From the IMG/VR virus record IMGVR_UViG_3300045988_085724, positions 1 to 64,000 of that record: 64,000 bases of DNA; one strand, given 5' to 3'. Position numbers and translations under genes: made by a program. Position 1 is the first letter of the stretch. Each line of letters opens with the position of its first letter. Shown here one piece after another: positions 8,442 through 21,000 of the stretch. Below the pieces are notes generated by a model, which saw only the letters and a program-made list of their open reading frames with translations, ran no database searches and was not told the DNA's origin. The stretch comes from a virus.

Positions 8442-8475
8442 GGGGGTAACTTCGTAAGAAGTTATCCCCTTTTTT
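8442..8475. terminator. Rho-independent terminator at the convergence point of the two blocks
   Basis: A 12-bp stem, GGGGGTAACTTC (8442-8453) pairing with GAAGTTATCCCC (8458-8469), carries a GTAA loop and is followed by TTTTTT (8470-8475). An A-run on the other side suggests weaker function for the minus strand. Two more AT-rich hairpins follow at about 8477-8520. Confidence 0.7.
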
Positions 8476-8551
8476 GATGCCATAAATAGAATGGCACATT
8501 TTAGCGAAAAAATTTTTCGTTTATTTTTTATTTTATTATCGGCAAAATGAA

Positions 8552-11500
8552 TTAAAATGGCGATGCGTCAGACGCACTGAGTACTGCATTCGGGTCATAT
8601 CCGCCTCCTCCATCATCTATATATGGATTACCGAATTCATCATACTTAACACCTTCTGTAACAGTATTACTGTACGTGCTTTTCTTTAATGCGTCATAGT
8701 CATAACCAAAAGCTTTCAAGAAGAATGCATCAAGTAAGAATTGTTTTATATAATAACTTGAGTTCTCATCTATACCTTGTGTTGAAAGAGATTTATGTAA
8801 TTGATTCAGTATAATACTACTTACGTACATATCTTTTTGAAAATTTGTATATCCTTTATATGAACTATTCTTTATTTTTTCATCGCTATCGTCATCAAAC
8901 ATTAGTTTCAATAATGCAGTAGGCATTTTACCTACATCCTCAAGTGCTTTATAATACACAGTACCAGACTTAAGTACTGACATCATACCAAATGGAGATT
9001 GTTGTTCAAGAGCACTTGCTGTAGTACGAATGTAACCATTATATATGACATGTCTATATCTATGTTTACTGAAAAAGTTTGTATAATCTTTAAGGTCATG
9101 CGTAATAACTTCTGATAATGAAGAGTCTTCTCTATCTAAATAATCATCATCGTCATCATCTCCACCTTGAAATGCCCATGCTGCCATAAACTGGGCGCAC
9201 GCTACCAGTATACACAACATTGCTAATTCTACAAAATTTTGTCTAATAGCTTTTCGTTCTGGTTTAGACAGATGTCTAAATTCGTTTTTGTATTTTATAC
9301 CGAATGTAACGTAATGTGTAAAATTCCTAATCAATACACCAAGAGCGCGCCATGATGCTTTTGCTATTTCAGGTTCACGAGCTCCTCCTTCTGCAATATT
9401 AACAGATTTAGCATTTTCTAATTGTTGTCTTGTCAGTGGAGCTTTTTTAACTTTATATCTAACTTTAGTTTTTCCGTTTTGTGTATATTCTTCTTTTTCT
9501 ACAGAAATATCTCTATAGTTCACATCATCTCTTCCAGAAAACCATTCTTGGTTACGCTGTACCATCCAGTGACGCATACCTAAGAAAAATTGTCCAGCCA
9601 TACTATTTTTATACATTGCTGCTTCACCTTCGACTCCAAGTCCATTAACCATACCACCTCTTAATTTAACAGTTTTTATTAGAGATTTTTCTAGCTCTGG
9701 TGTAACATACTATTTGTATTTATCTTTTATGACAGCTTTTCCATCTTTAAATTCATATGCGTTCCACAAAGTACGAGTTTCAAATAATCTTTTACGACTA
9801 GCGGCATTTATAGTTCTACCATGTAAAACGAATAAATCTTCTAGTTTGTCTGCAGTATAAAATCCAGCTGGAATTTCATTATCTCCATCATAGAATCTGT
9901 ATGAACTCATTACGGCGTTCAGTAATATAGCATTCATATGGTGATCTACCATTGAGAACGACGCCATTGCTAACTTCTTGGCTATTCTTACGGCTCTTGC
10001 ATCTCCAATGTTTGCAACATTGTTATCAAACTAAGTACCAACTCCAAAACGTCGCATCAATGCAGACTACAAGTTGTTAGCCAAAGGATTTCCAATATTT
10101 GCAAGCATAAGAGGTAATCTTATTAATTCATGATATGATGCGCTTGTTATATCACGCATAGATATATACTGTCCGCTCCATGCATCTCTGAGCAATACAC
10201 GAGAAGCATCTGTTAAGCCATGGAATGCAGAAAGGAAGTTATTAGCCAATACACCTAAAGATGCCATACTACGAACCTAAGCGCTTAATTTTGCAGCTGC
10301 TGCAGATTGTCCAGTAGGAGTTCCTCCGTATAATTTCATATTAAGTAAGTTATCAGCTAAAGCTTCTGTTCTTGGAATTTCATTGAACACACCAGTTCTA
10401 TTCTCTGTTCTAAGAGCTTGACGCAATGACCACAACTCAGCTTCAACTTGTTTTTTATATTTATAGTTTTTAGCCATATGCATATACATCAGTACAGCCG
10501 CAGTAACATCAAACGAATAGCGTTTACGATTCTCAAGAGAACCTACATACCTAAGTGAAATATCTGCCCCAAAGCCTGTTCCATCCGCTGAATACTGGTA
10601 TCCGTCATTTACACGAACATCTTCATCGATAGCTCTATTGCCAGTAAAACTATCTTTAACAGCTTCCCATGCGTCAGCCATATTATAACCTTTTTTTAAT
10701 ACTCTTGACATTTGAGCAATGTTTGATGCTTCATATTTAGGAAGACGATAGTTAAATATAGCATTTTTAGCTCCATAGTCCTATTGTGATTGCTGCATCA
10801 TTTCTATCAATGAATTATATAATTTGTGTAAATTTCTATCTTTTTCAACCTTGCTCCATGCTTCTGAATTATCATAAAACTATTTCATTGGCTATTCGGA
10901 GTTATGATCAGCATGGTTGTATTGATCGTTAAAGAAAAGTGGGTCATGTTTTTCTGCAAAACGTCCAATTGGAACTCTATCGATAATACCACGTACACTA
11001 ATCTGACCATCTTTCCCTCGAGCTAACATAGTACTTGTTTGTGTAGGATATATATTACTAAACATATGCAACGGATGAGTATAACCATCTGCATCAATAT
11101 ATGAAAAGAAATTTATTATTGCATCTCTTATCTATATTGCGCTCATAGATCTAAAATCTATAAGTACACCGTTATCGTCAACAAAATCTCGTATATAACC
11201 ATCGGTAACTGCCTTATCATAATATTTCTTTATCATATAGTCATACCATGTTCTAATATTGAGTTTATTGCGTTCTTCGGCTGTTGTCGCATTATAATAA
11301 TCTCTTACTTCACTGTCTGTAGCAAGTGTTCCATCCTTATGAAATACTCTACCTGCTGGATCTCTGTACACTTGTGGTACATACTGGAAATAATCTTTAA
11401 AATCGCTCTTAGGTTGGTTTGGGTCTTCATATTTACCGTACTCAATAGTCTATTCTACACGTTTACAGTTTTTCCAGAAGCCTAAATCATTTTCTTTTAT

Positions 11501-14500
11501 AGCTAAATCCTTTTCTATAGTATCTGCATTATCGTATTTAACACAATCTTTTAACGCAGCCTATTCATACCTAGCTAATACTACATCGAGAGGTTCATCT
11601 CCACGTAGATTCTTAGGCATATAATCTTCCATATATGTAGGATTTATCATATATCTAGTATTATACTGAATAAATCTCTATCTTTCTGCAGGATCTGTTA
11701 TCTAAGACAGCTCATTATCAAATTGCGCATAGTCTACATTGGTTGTAACAGACTTATTCACATAAGCCTGCCATGACCGAATCTCCATAGCCATCTGAAG
11801 ATCTTTTCCAGTCTTATAATTACCATTTTCGTCGTATACATTTTGTAATAGTGCAAGCTCTGCTTGTTGTATCTTCAACTTAGCTAAGTCCTCATCACTA
11901 AGTTTTTCTATTCTAGTAAATCCATTTTCGTCAGTACATTTATCCAAATAATAGTTGATATTTGACTGAATTCTATTATATCGAATGAGCGTTTTTGGAG
12001 ATAATCCATGGCGTTTAGAAGCTATATCATCTATAACAGGGTCGCCAGTTACTTGCTATATTGGAGCACTCATTCGTTCTGTATAATATTTAAGAGTATA
12101 GCGTCTGTTTGCATGGCTACACTTCCATTTTTCTATTTCAGTAAGATACTTATATATATCTGGCATTTCACCATTATCGCCAAATTCCTCATCTTCAGCA
12201 AGCTAACCTGTTACACTATTCATATATTGACCAGTAGCCTCATCAATAATATAATGGTGCATGACGCCAGGCATATTATCAAATTTATCGTTCAGTTCTT
12301 CAATAAATTTATTTAGATCTAACTGATATTGGCCGTAATTGATAGGACGAACAAAGAATCCAGTAGGAATTCCTTCTCTATCAAACTCCATCATATTTTT
12401 TTGCCAATTTATTCCGAACAACTTAGTTAATCTGCTGGCTTTATTGTAATCACGCTGAACTTTAGTTGCAGCATCGTTCGCTTCAATTTGGGTTTTAGTT
12501 TCAGCGTGGTCTATTATGTTAGACATATATTTTATAACAAGACTTTCAGAGTGCGATGGGTCTTCCATCCATTCAGAAACTACACTTATGTCTTCATATT
12601 GAAGGTTTTGATGGAAGTAATCACGCAAAAGTTTTCTATGACCTTCTATTTGTTCTGGATGTGCTGCGTAAAAATCAATAGCCATGTATTTATCAAGTAT
12701 TCTATCTACAACAACTACCATAGCCTATTTCCAGGAATTTTTTGCTGCATTAATAGCTGGACCAAGCTTATCTCTTGCATCTCGATACTCTTTATCAACT
12801 ATTTTCGATGTATTTTGCGGAAGAATATTTGAATTTAATTCGTCATAAAATGCTATATCGTCACGATACATATCCATTAACATCTGCGGAGTGATTCCAG
12901 AATATGGTTCTGGTAATTCGGATTGTTCTTTTAAGAAACCTAATACGGATTCTTTTTTTGTAGGATTACCTGTTGTACTATCAATTGTTCCAAGATTATC
13001 CAAGGCAAAATATACAGCCATTTTGGCAGCTTCATAGTCGCTTGCAGATTTCAGTTGTGTTATTTTCTCAAAAATAGCGTCCTATATCTTTTGTCGTTCA
13101 TCTGTTTTATTAGGCATTTTCTCATAGACCTTTTCAAGTTTAGAAAATTGCTTTATTATCTGTGACTATAATGACTCCTAAATGTTTGACATATTTGTAA
13201 CAGTCTATTGTGCAAATACAGTCTTTTTATCCTATACCGTATCTACAAGTGGGAGATTGTACTCTTTCGGATATGCAGCTTTTAATAGAAGCTACATAGC
13301 TTCGCTGTAGGCTGTTCCATTATCTTTATTTATTACCTTGCCGAGTAGTGCATTAAGTGCAGCACTTATTGTACGCAATGTTTTTTGGAACATATTAAGT
13401 TTTTTGTCAGCTTTTATTTGCTTAAGTATCTTAATAAAGTCCATGTTCGACAATTCAGCAATAAATTCATGTACATCTGTTAATCCGTATATCTTAGCAT
13501 CATCACCAAGCTCCTTTATTACTTTACGACGCAATGTATCTATTTCGTCATATAAAGCCTAATTGTGGTTAATGGCCTCTTCTGTAATAGCATGAAGTAA
13601 TTCGTGCATAACAGTCTGGATAATAGTATTTTCATACTTATTTGTATTAACAAATCCAACGTTCTTATTTGTTATCCATATTGTTTTAGTATTTGCATCA
13701 TATTTAGCAGCTATATCAGAAGGTAATGTATCACTAAAGCCGACACGTATACCAAGTGTATGTACCAAACTTCCTATTATTCTAACTATAGCTTCTTCAT
13801 GTTCGCTTCGTCCGCGAACACTTCTAAGCAACTCTTTCATAAGAGCTACAGTATCCATAGTTTCTGGTGATAAACTCTTGTATGATTTTCCAAATAGTAT
13901 TTTAGCCAATCTAGTTTTATCATCTTCTTCTTTACGTTTAATTGAATAACGTAATTTGCCATACTCTTTCTAAGAGAAGTTTAATTTGTAGCTAGGATGT
14001 GCTTTTTGAAAATCCTCCTTAAGTTGTTTTTCAATTGGCTTTCTCTGTTCTTTAGATAAAGGTTGTAATTTTGGCAATTGTGGATCTACATATTTCTAAG
14101 CCCATTCTTTTGCAGCCTAGAATGCTTCCATCTTACTTACTGATCGGTTTTCGTATATATTATCAGACTACTATGAGAATTCACCATTATTATATGTAGC
14201 TGATTTGATTTGATTAGGATTGCTAACTATATAATCTGTAGTATACGGATTATCAAGTACTTTTTCTGTAAATTCATATGGAAGCTTCTCTAGAATATTT
14301 GAGTCTAAAGATTCTAGTACATTTGTTATAATAACCCCCTCTGAATTGTTTATTTTAGTTATTATATCTTTTCCCAATTCATGAACTGCAACTTTCTTTG
14401 CATCAATTTTTAATGGATTTCTAATATTAAGAAAGATAGGATAAACTTTATCATCTATATTATCGTCTACAGAAGTCAATAAACTTTGTACTTTCTCTAC

Positions 14501-15043
14501 TGAAATATTCAAATTAGATGCAATCTCTGATTCAGAAACGCCTTCATTTGCTAAGTCTAGTACTTGAATAGAAAGAAAATCATCATCAGATACAGCAAAC
14601 TGTGATGCAATATTTTTATTAGATGTTGCATAGAATTTTTTCTTCAATCCATTTTCTAATGTTTTGTCATATCTTGCAGAACTATGCGGATGAAATTCTT
14701 TAAAGGTAGATACTTGTCCATGATAAACAACCAAAGGTTCGCCATTTTCATCTACTACTTTGGATACATCTGTTTTATCTTCTGCGGTCCAATCACCAAA
14801 CCATTGTATGAAATTAGAAGAATACACTTTAGCTTTAGCTACAAGCGCTTCCTCTCTATTTCCATAAAACTATTCTAGTTCATTTAATAAAATAGAAGGC
14901 GCCCCGTTAGGCGCGTAGTCTAACGGGTACCCTCCATTCTTACCCCAGAGGAAATAAGCCATATCTTCACCAAATATATTAGTGAGCTCTTCAAATTTCT
15001 CTCTTACTTTTTTATTACTCAAATTTGGGCAAAATGGTGCCAT
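8552..15043 (-). CDS. Giant virion 'polyvalent' protein, 2163 aa, 28 in-frame TAG codons; ART-PolyVal-like domain plus zincin HELLH motif plus C-terminal TM segment
   Basis: All 11 track fragments lie in one frame. I split every gap into codons and found only TAG, with no TAA or TGA. ATG is at 15043 and TAA at 8552.

Motifs seen:
- WFGDW...VVDENGEPLVVYHG...FYATS...VYPIFLNIRNPL;
- MHELLH at 13592-13606;
- a poly-D run and a hydrophobic helix near the C-terminus. Confidence 0.8.
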
Positions 15044-15045
15044 AA

Positions 15046-18000
15046 TTAATTTCCTCCTTTACAATATTTTTTCATTTCTTTAGCTTCTTTCATATCTTCG
15101 TCGCTAAACAATTCAAGCTGATTTATATTATCAAATGTAGAATCTACCGACATTAAATCAGACAAATCATATTTATCAGTTTCAAGAGTTAATTGGAATT
15201 CGTCGTATAGACCATGAATATATTCTGCTAAAGTTCTATACATGTTTAAATACTATTTATGATTCATCATAAAGTTATAGTCTGACAAGAATTTTTTATC
15301 TACTACTACACCTATTTTATTGTAGATTTCGTAGCCATATCCCAAATAACCTCCATCAAAGTAATGCTCCATAATTTCGCCTGCAGTTTCATTAACAGCC
15401 TTTAATTCTTTTATAAGATTTTCAACTTCTTCTTGTGACATGATAATAGTTCCTTTGATATTAGCAGCATCGTTATTGTGTTTAGTTAATGCGTACAAAG
15501 CGTTCAATAAATCTCTTTCTGATAAATTATTATCTTTCATAACATCAAACAGATCACTATCTTCATCTACATGTATATGTAATTTCTGTATTACTTGACT
15601 AGCGGAATCTTTACCAATCCTACTGGTAGTATAACCTATATCAAAATACTTCTATATTACATCTATGTATTCCTGATAGTTCTTGGCTATTTTTTTAATA
15701 GTTGGCTTATTCAAACCAGAATCTGTAAATCTATTCTGCTTGAGTGTACCATCCTCATTATAATAATTTAACATTCTATCTGTATTATGATGAGCATAAC
15801 AGTATACGCAAGAAGACGCACAATTACTGTTGTATCTTAATAAGTCAGTTTTTCCACCATAACAAGCACATTCTGGTCTAAAGTTATTGTTTCCAGTAAG
15901 TTTATTTGGTATATGTGTGCCTAACATCTTATTAATTGCATTTACACTTAGACATCCTTCTATACTTATACCATCCATTCTACAAGGCTCGGCACATGAT
16001 GATAAATCTAAATTATATTTCTTGGCGATGCTTAACATTTGTCTTGCAATGCCTTCTATTACTTCTTTTTTAGCATGCGTAAAGTAGAATCCAGAGCTGT
16101 TTCTATCGAAATATTTCGAATAATCATATCCAAGTTTTTCCATAAATTGAGCTGTAGTTTTATAATAATCTAATACAGAAAATCTTACGTGTTTTAGTCC
16201 TAATTCACTAGCACGTTTCATTAGACTATCTACTTCAGTCATATTAGTAACACCAGGAACGATTGGGTCTATTCTCAATGTAACATATTCTGGATCTAAT
16301 CCTTGTTTTATGAAATCACCAATGCGCTCAATCATGTCTTGCCATTTCATAACGCCAGGCTCCCATTTAGTATTACCAAGTGTAGTAACACTAAAATGAA
16401 TAATTTTAGGTTTATCCAACTATAATAACTCTTTCATTGGAAGTCCGTCATGTTTGGTTATTAAATATAAAGCATCAATATCCTCATACTTAATCGGATT
16501 TTGCTTATAATCTAAGAATTCATGACTTCCTTTTGCCCAATCCTATATCATCTTTGAGAAGAATGCAGGATCTGTATGTTCGGATGCAACAGCGATTCTA
16601 GGTTTAGTATCATTTCCAGTAAACGGATGTAGCGCAAGTATTTCTGCATTAGTTAATATAGTTTTATTAGAATTTAATGTAGAAACTTGTTCTGAAATAG
16701 TTCCAAATTGATCTGTATCATGCTGATTTAGTGGGCCATTTAATGTTGCTTTAGTAGCATCTTTATCAACATGTTTATACAATTCTTGTACTTTCTGTTT
16801 TAGATATTGATATAACTTAGGTGTTCTAGTTATAGTAATATTAGAAATACCAGAGTTAAAGAATCCATCTGCTCCACCAATAGCTAATCTTTCATAGTTA
16901 CCAGTATCCCATTTATCCATAATATCTTGTATCTCCTGGTCAATTACTTTCTTGAATTCAGCAAAATCATTATCAGTCCATCTACCTTTTTCACGCTTAT
17001 ATTCGCCATGGAACCAACGCTGTGTACTTAACGGCATAGCATTGTCCAGTCCACGTATAGTAGCTTGAGTTACTGTAGGATAATGTTTATCTTTACCATA
17101 TTTCTTAGCGTATTCAGAATTCGGATCTATTAATTTACTGCCACTATCTCTATCTGTATTATCTGTAAATATATATAACGTTTTTCTATCGTTCTCTACA
17201 GCTTGTCTAGTATATAATCTGGTTATAAATATCTTAGATGATACTGGTGGACGTAACGAAGCAAATTCATCTCTAATCTTAGTAAGAATTCTGCTAAATC
17301 TACCATTATCTTCTTCTTTTCCATCTCTACCGATATGTGTAATCTAACGATCTCCTGTTGATACCAATTCTTCTCTAGCAGATTCATTTTGTTCAAAAGA
17401 TCTACGCATCAAATCTTCAAGTATATCATCAGATATCTTATCCCATTCTGTAACATTTAAACCTTGTATACTTTGTCCTATCTTACGTGCTTCTGCACCA
17501 GATGCTTTTTGCAAAGCATTTAGTATACGAACGCCTTCATCAGTAAATTTAGTAATCTTTCCACTACTGTCACGAATTATATACTTAAGTCCGTTTGTAT
17601 ACCATAATTTACATGCCTAGAACGCTCCTTCTACAGTCTTAAATTCTCCTATACGTGTAGTAAACGGTCGCTGTGCAAAATTACTTAATGCTATGTTATC
17701 ACCAGTACCATAATATACATTAACAGGGCCTGTTTGTTGTGGCTATTGTTCAGGTGCAGAATCTATAGGATTGATATTTTCTGCAGGCATTCCTACATAA
17801 ACTTTTGCTATTGCATCAGATAATTCAGGTAACCTAGTTTTAAGGTCATCTAATCGTATAATGTTAGAGTTTAGATAATCTATAACTCTATTAATACCTG
17901 CGGTATAATCAAAGTTTGCATATTCAATACGTTCATTTTCTGCGTAATTAAAATGCCATCCATATTCATATATGTTGTTCCGTTTATCTGAGCTGGTATA

Positions 18001-21000
18001 ACCTTTTCTACTACAACGAACATATACAGGATAACCATATGTCTTGGAATCTTCATTCACAGTTATTGTATACGCCAAACGATATGCTACATAATCACTT
18101 GCATTTCTGCCACTTCGTCCTGGTACGACTGTTGTTATGAAAGTTGGCAAGTTTGTCATATCTGTAACTCTAGCTCCTATTGCAATAGTTTTATTGATTT
18201 TTATGAAATTAGAAGAACCGTCTTTATTTTGCATATTGACTCTTCTTGAGAACTTATAATCCTAATAATGATTAGCAATAATTTCTTCAAGATACTGATC
18301 CATCGTAGTCAACATAAACGATTCATCAGAAAGTTGTGTTCTTATATAATCAGCAAAACTATTCATATTATTAGGTATATCTCCAATTTGACCAGTACGC
18401 CATGATTCTGGCACATATTTAAACAACTTATTCCATCCAGAATACTCTCCGGTAGATAAGAACGAATATACGATCAAATCTTTTGCAAAATTTTGCACAT
18501 TTACATCTGGGTCACGTAATAGATCTTCCCAAGCATCCTTCATCAACTTAGTATTTAATCTACTATCTTCAATACTATCAGATATTGATAAGAATGCCGG
18601 CCTCATTACTTCTTTCCCATCAACATATACCGATTGTTCTTCAGGCAGTGCATATAAATGTGTAAGCAATTGGTTATCCTTTAGTCTTGCATATTTCGGA
18701 TTATTTCTAATTGCATCCCACAACATACTAAATCTATGATTCATGCACCAGTTACCGATGAATAGATTAGTTAGGTCTTGATCAGTTTTGCCTAGTACAC
18801 GTTTAGCATAGTCTACGATATACATAGATTTGATACGAGTCTACAAAGCTAAGCTAACTTCATTCATTAAATCAGTATTTAACGACGAATCGGTCCCTTG
18901 CAATGCTCTAGTTATTGGCAATACAAGATTGTTAATAAACGTTCTATTTGCATTGAACATCTGTGCGCCAAGTACTTTAAACGGATAATTGCAAGCATCT
19001 TTTGTCTTAGAATCAATCCACGTGTTTTGCACTAATCGCTATATTGAATCCAAATCCCACAATGACTTTTCATCTGTAGTAAGCTTAGTGTACTGATCAA
19101 GATATCGCTACATTTCAAGGAATGTTTTTCCTTCTTTCTTTGTATCAATTTTTGTATATTGTACCAACATATTTAATGCTAAAGAATATTTCTCGAGAGT
19201 CTTCCATGCATAAAATACATTCTTTTGTACACTTTTTACATCATACTATACGCCGTCTACAGTTACTATATTAGCTCCTGGATTTATTGCAATCTACTTC
19301 AATACCTCTTGGTTATTCCGGATGAAATTTACAGCATTTATTCTTGTATTAAGATTAGTAGGAGAAGATTCAATATACTTTTTAAGATTAGATTCGCTCG
19401 CTTCTTCTTTACTTAAATACTGAAGTACTGATTGTGCAACAGCGTCTTTTTGTGCAGCATATACAGAACTATATTTAGATACATCTCTAGAGAATTGACT
19501 CTCGGCATTACTGCTTGCAGTAGCCATATCTCTAATGATCGGTTGTGCTATGAACCACATACCTGCTTCTCCGTATCCACTACGAACCAATAAGTTAACC
19601 ATATTATATGTAAACTTATCGATACCCATTCTAGATACCCACGGGTCTTTTACAATATCTACGTGTGCATTAATAAATGCAGAAATCCAAGACGATATTG
19701 CATTTCCATCATAATCAACTAGTTTATCAAAATTAAATATACCAGTAGCTCTACTAAATTCAGTATCTCTGAATCTCACTCCAAACAAGCATGTTAATAC
19801 ATGGTTAGTTACATTAAGAGCAAATGGACCAATACCGAACTTACCTGTAATGTAGTCAAGTCGTCGTTCAGCTTGTTCATGTAGCGTTCCGAAGTTGTAT
19901 GCCAAATATTTAGTTGAACTAGATACTGGAATTTGATCTGCAATAGATTTAGCAAGAGTAGTGTCATTATCAATTGACTTAAACAGTGAATTAATTGAAT
20001 TTTCTGTATCTTTCAATAGCGTCATCATGCAATCGAGCAATTTGTTCTGATAAGCTTCTTTACTTTCACCGTCAACTACTTCATGAACATTTCCGTTTTC
20101 GTCAGTTTGATAGTTATAGCTTGCTAAATATAAGTGATCTATATCAAAATCCGAACCAGTAATTTTCGTAAATTCTTCTGGCAGAATAATTGTACTCTTC
20201 ACCGTTTCAATTACATCTATAAAACGTAATGCATGTATAGAAGATTGGGCCTGTGTAGGAATACGATAACCTATTGTATTTGCTTTAGCATTTTCTCCAA
20301 TGATATTGTTGTCAATAAGCCATTGACGTTTTTGTTCAAATGACATAGGACGCTTTGGCAAAATATAATCGAAATAATCTATAGATATCACAGCATCCAT
20401 AGAATGATCTTCATTGATCATCTATAACTTCTTTCCATTATACTTATTCGCACCTTGGATACTTCCACCTTCTGTAGCTGAATTTTCCATTGCAAATACA
20501 GAGCGCTGTACAAACGAATTACCTGGTGTAGGAATATTTACAATAGCTTTGTTAATCGCAGATATAAAGATACTTTCTATCCATGAAGAATCCTATGTAG
20601 CTGCAATTGGACAACTAATCTAACCGTCATTATTTAACTACAGTGCTTCAAGCAATCCTTTATCAGCATCTCTAGAAGTTAATTGATCAAGTAAATATGC
20701 AGATAGTTTCTTTTGGTCTAATTTTCCATCAGTAAAGAACTTATCGTCAAACTCTTTTACACCAAGTCTTTCTAATTTATTAATAGCACCCATATATTCT
20801 GACAAAATAGTTTTGCCATCAATAGGCTTTCCAGTACGAGAATCAATGTAGTTATCTCTAAACAAACGTAAGTTCTGAAGTACGATCTTAATCATCTGTG
20901 TACCGATATTTGCAAATTCACCCTCTTCTGGATCAGTATTAAGCTGTCGTCTTAAGAATGTGAAATCCTGTTCGTACACATTAAATGGTTCATTTATAGC

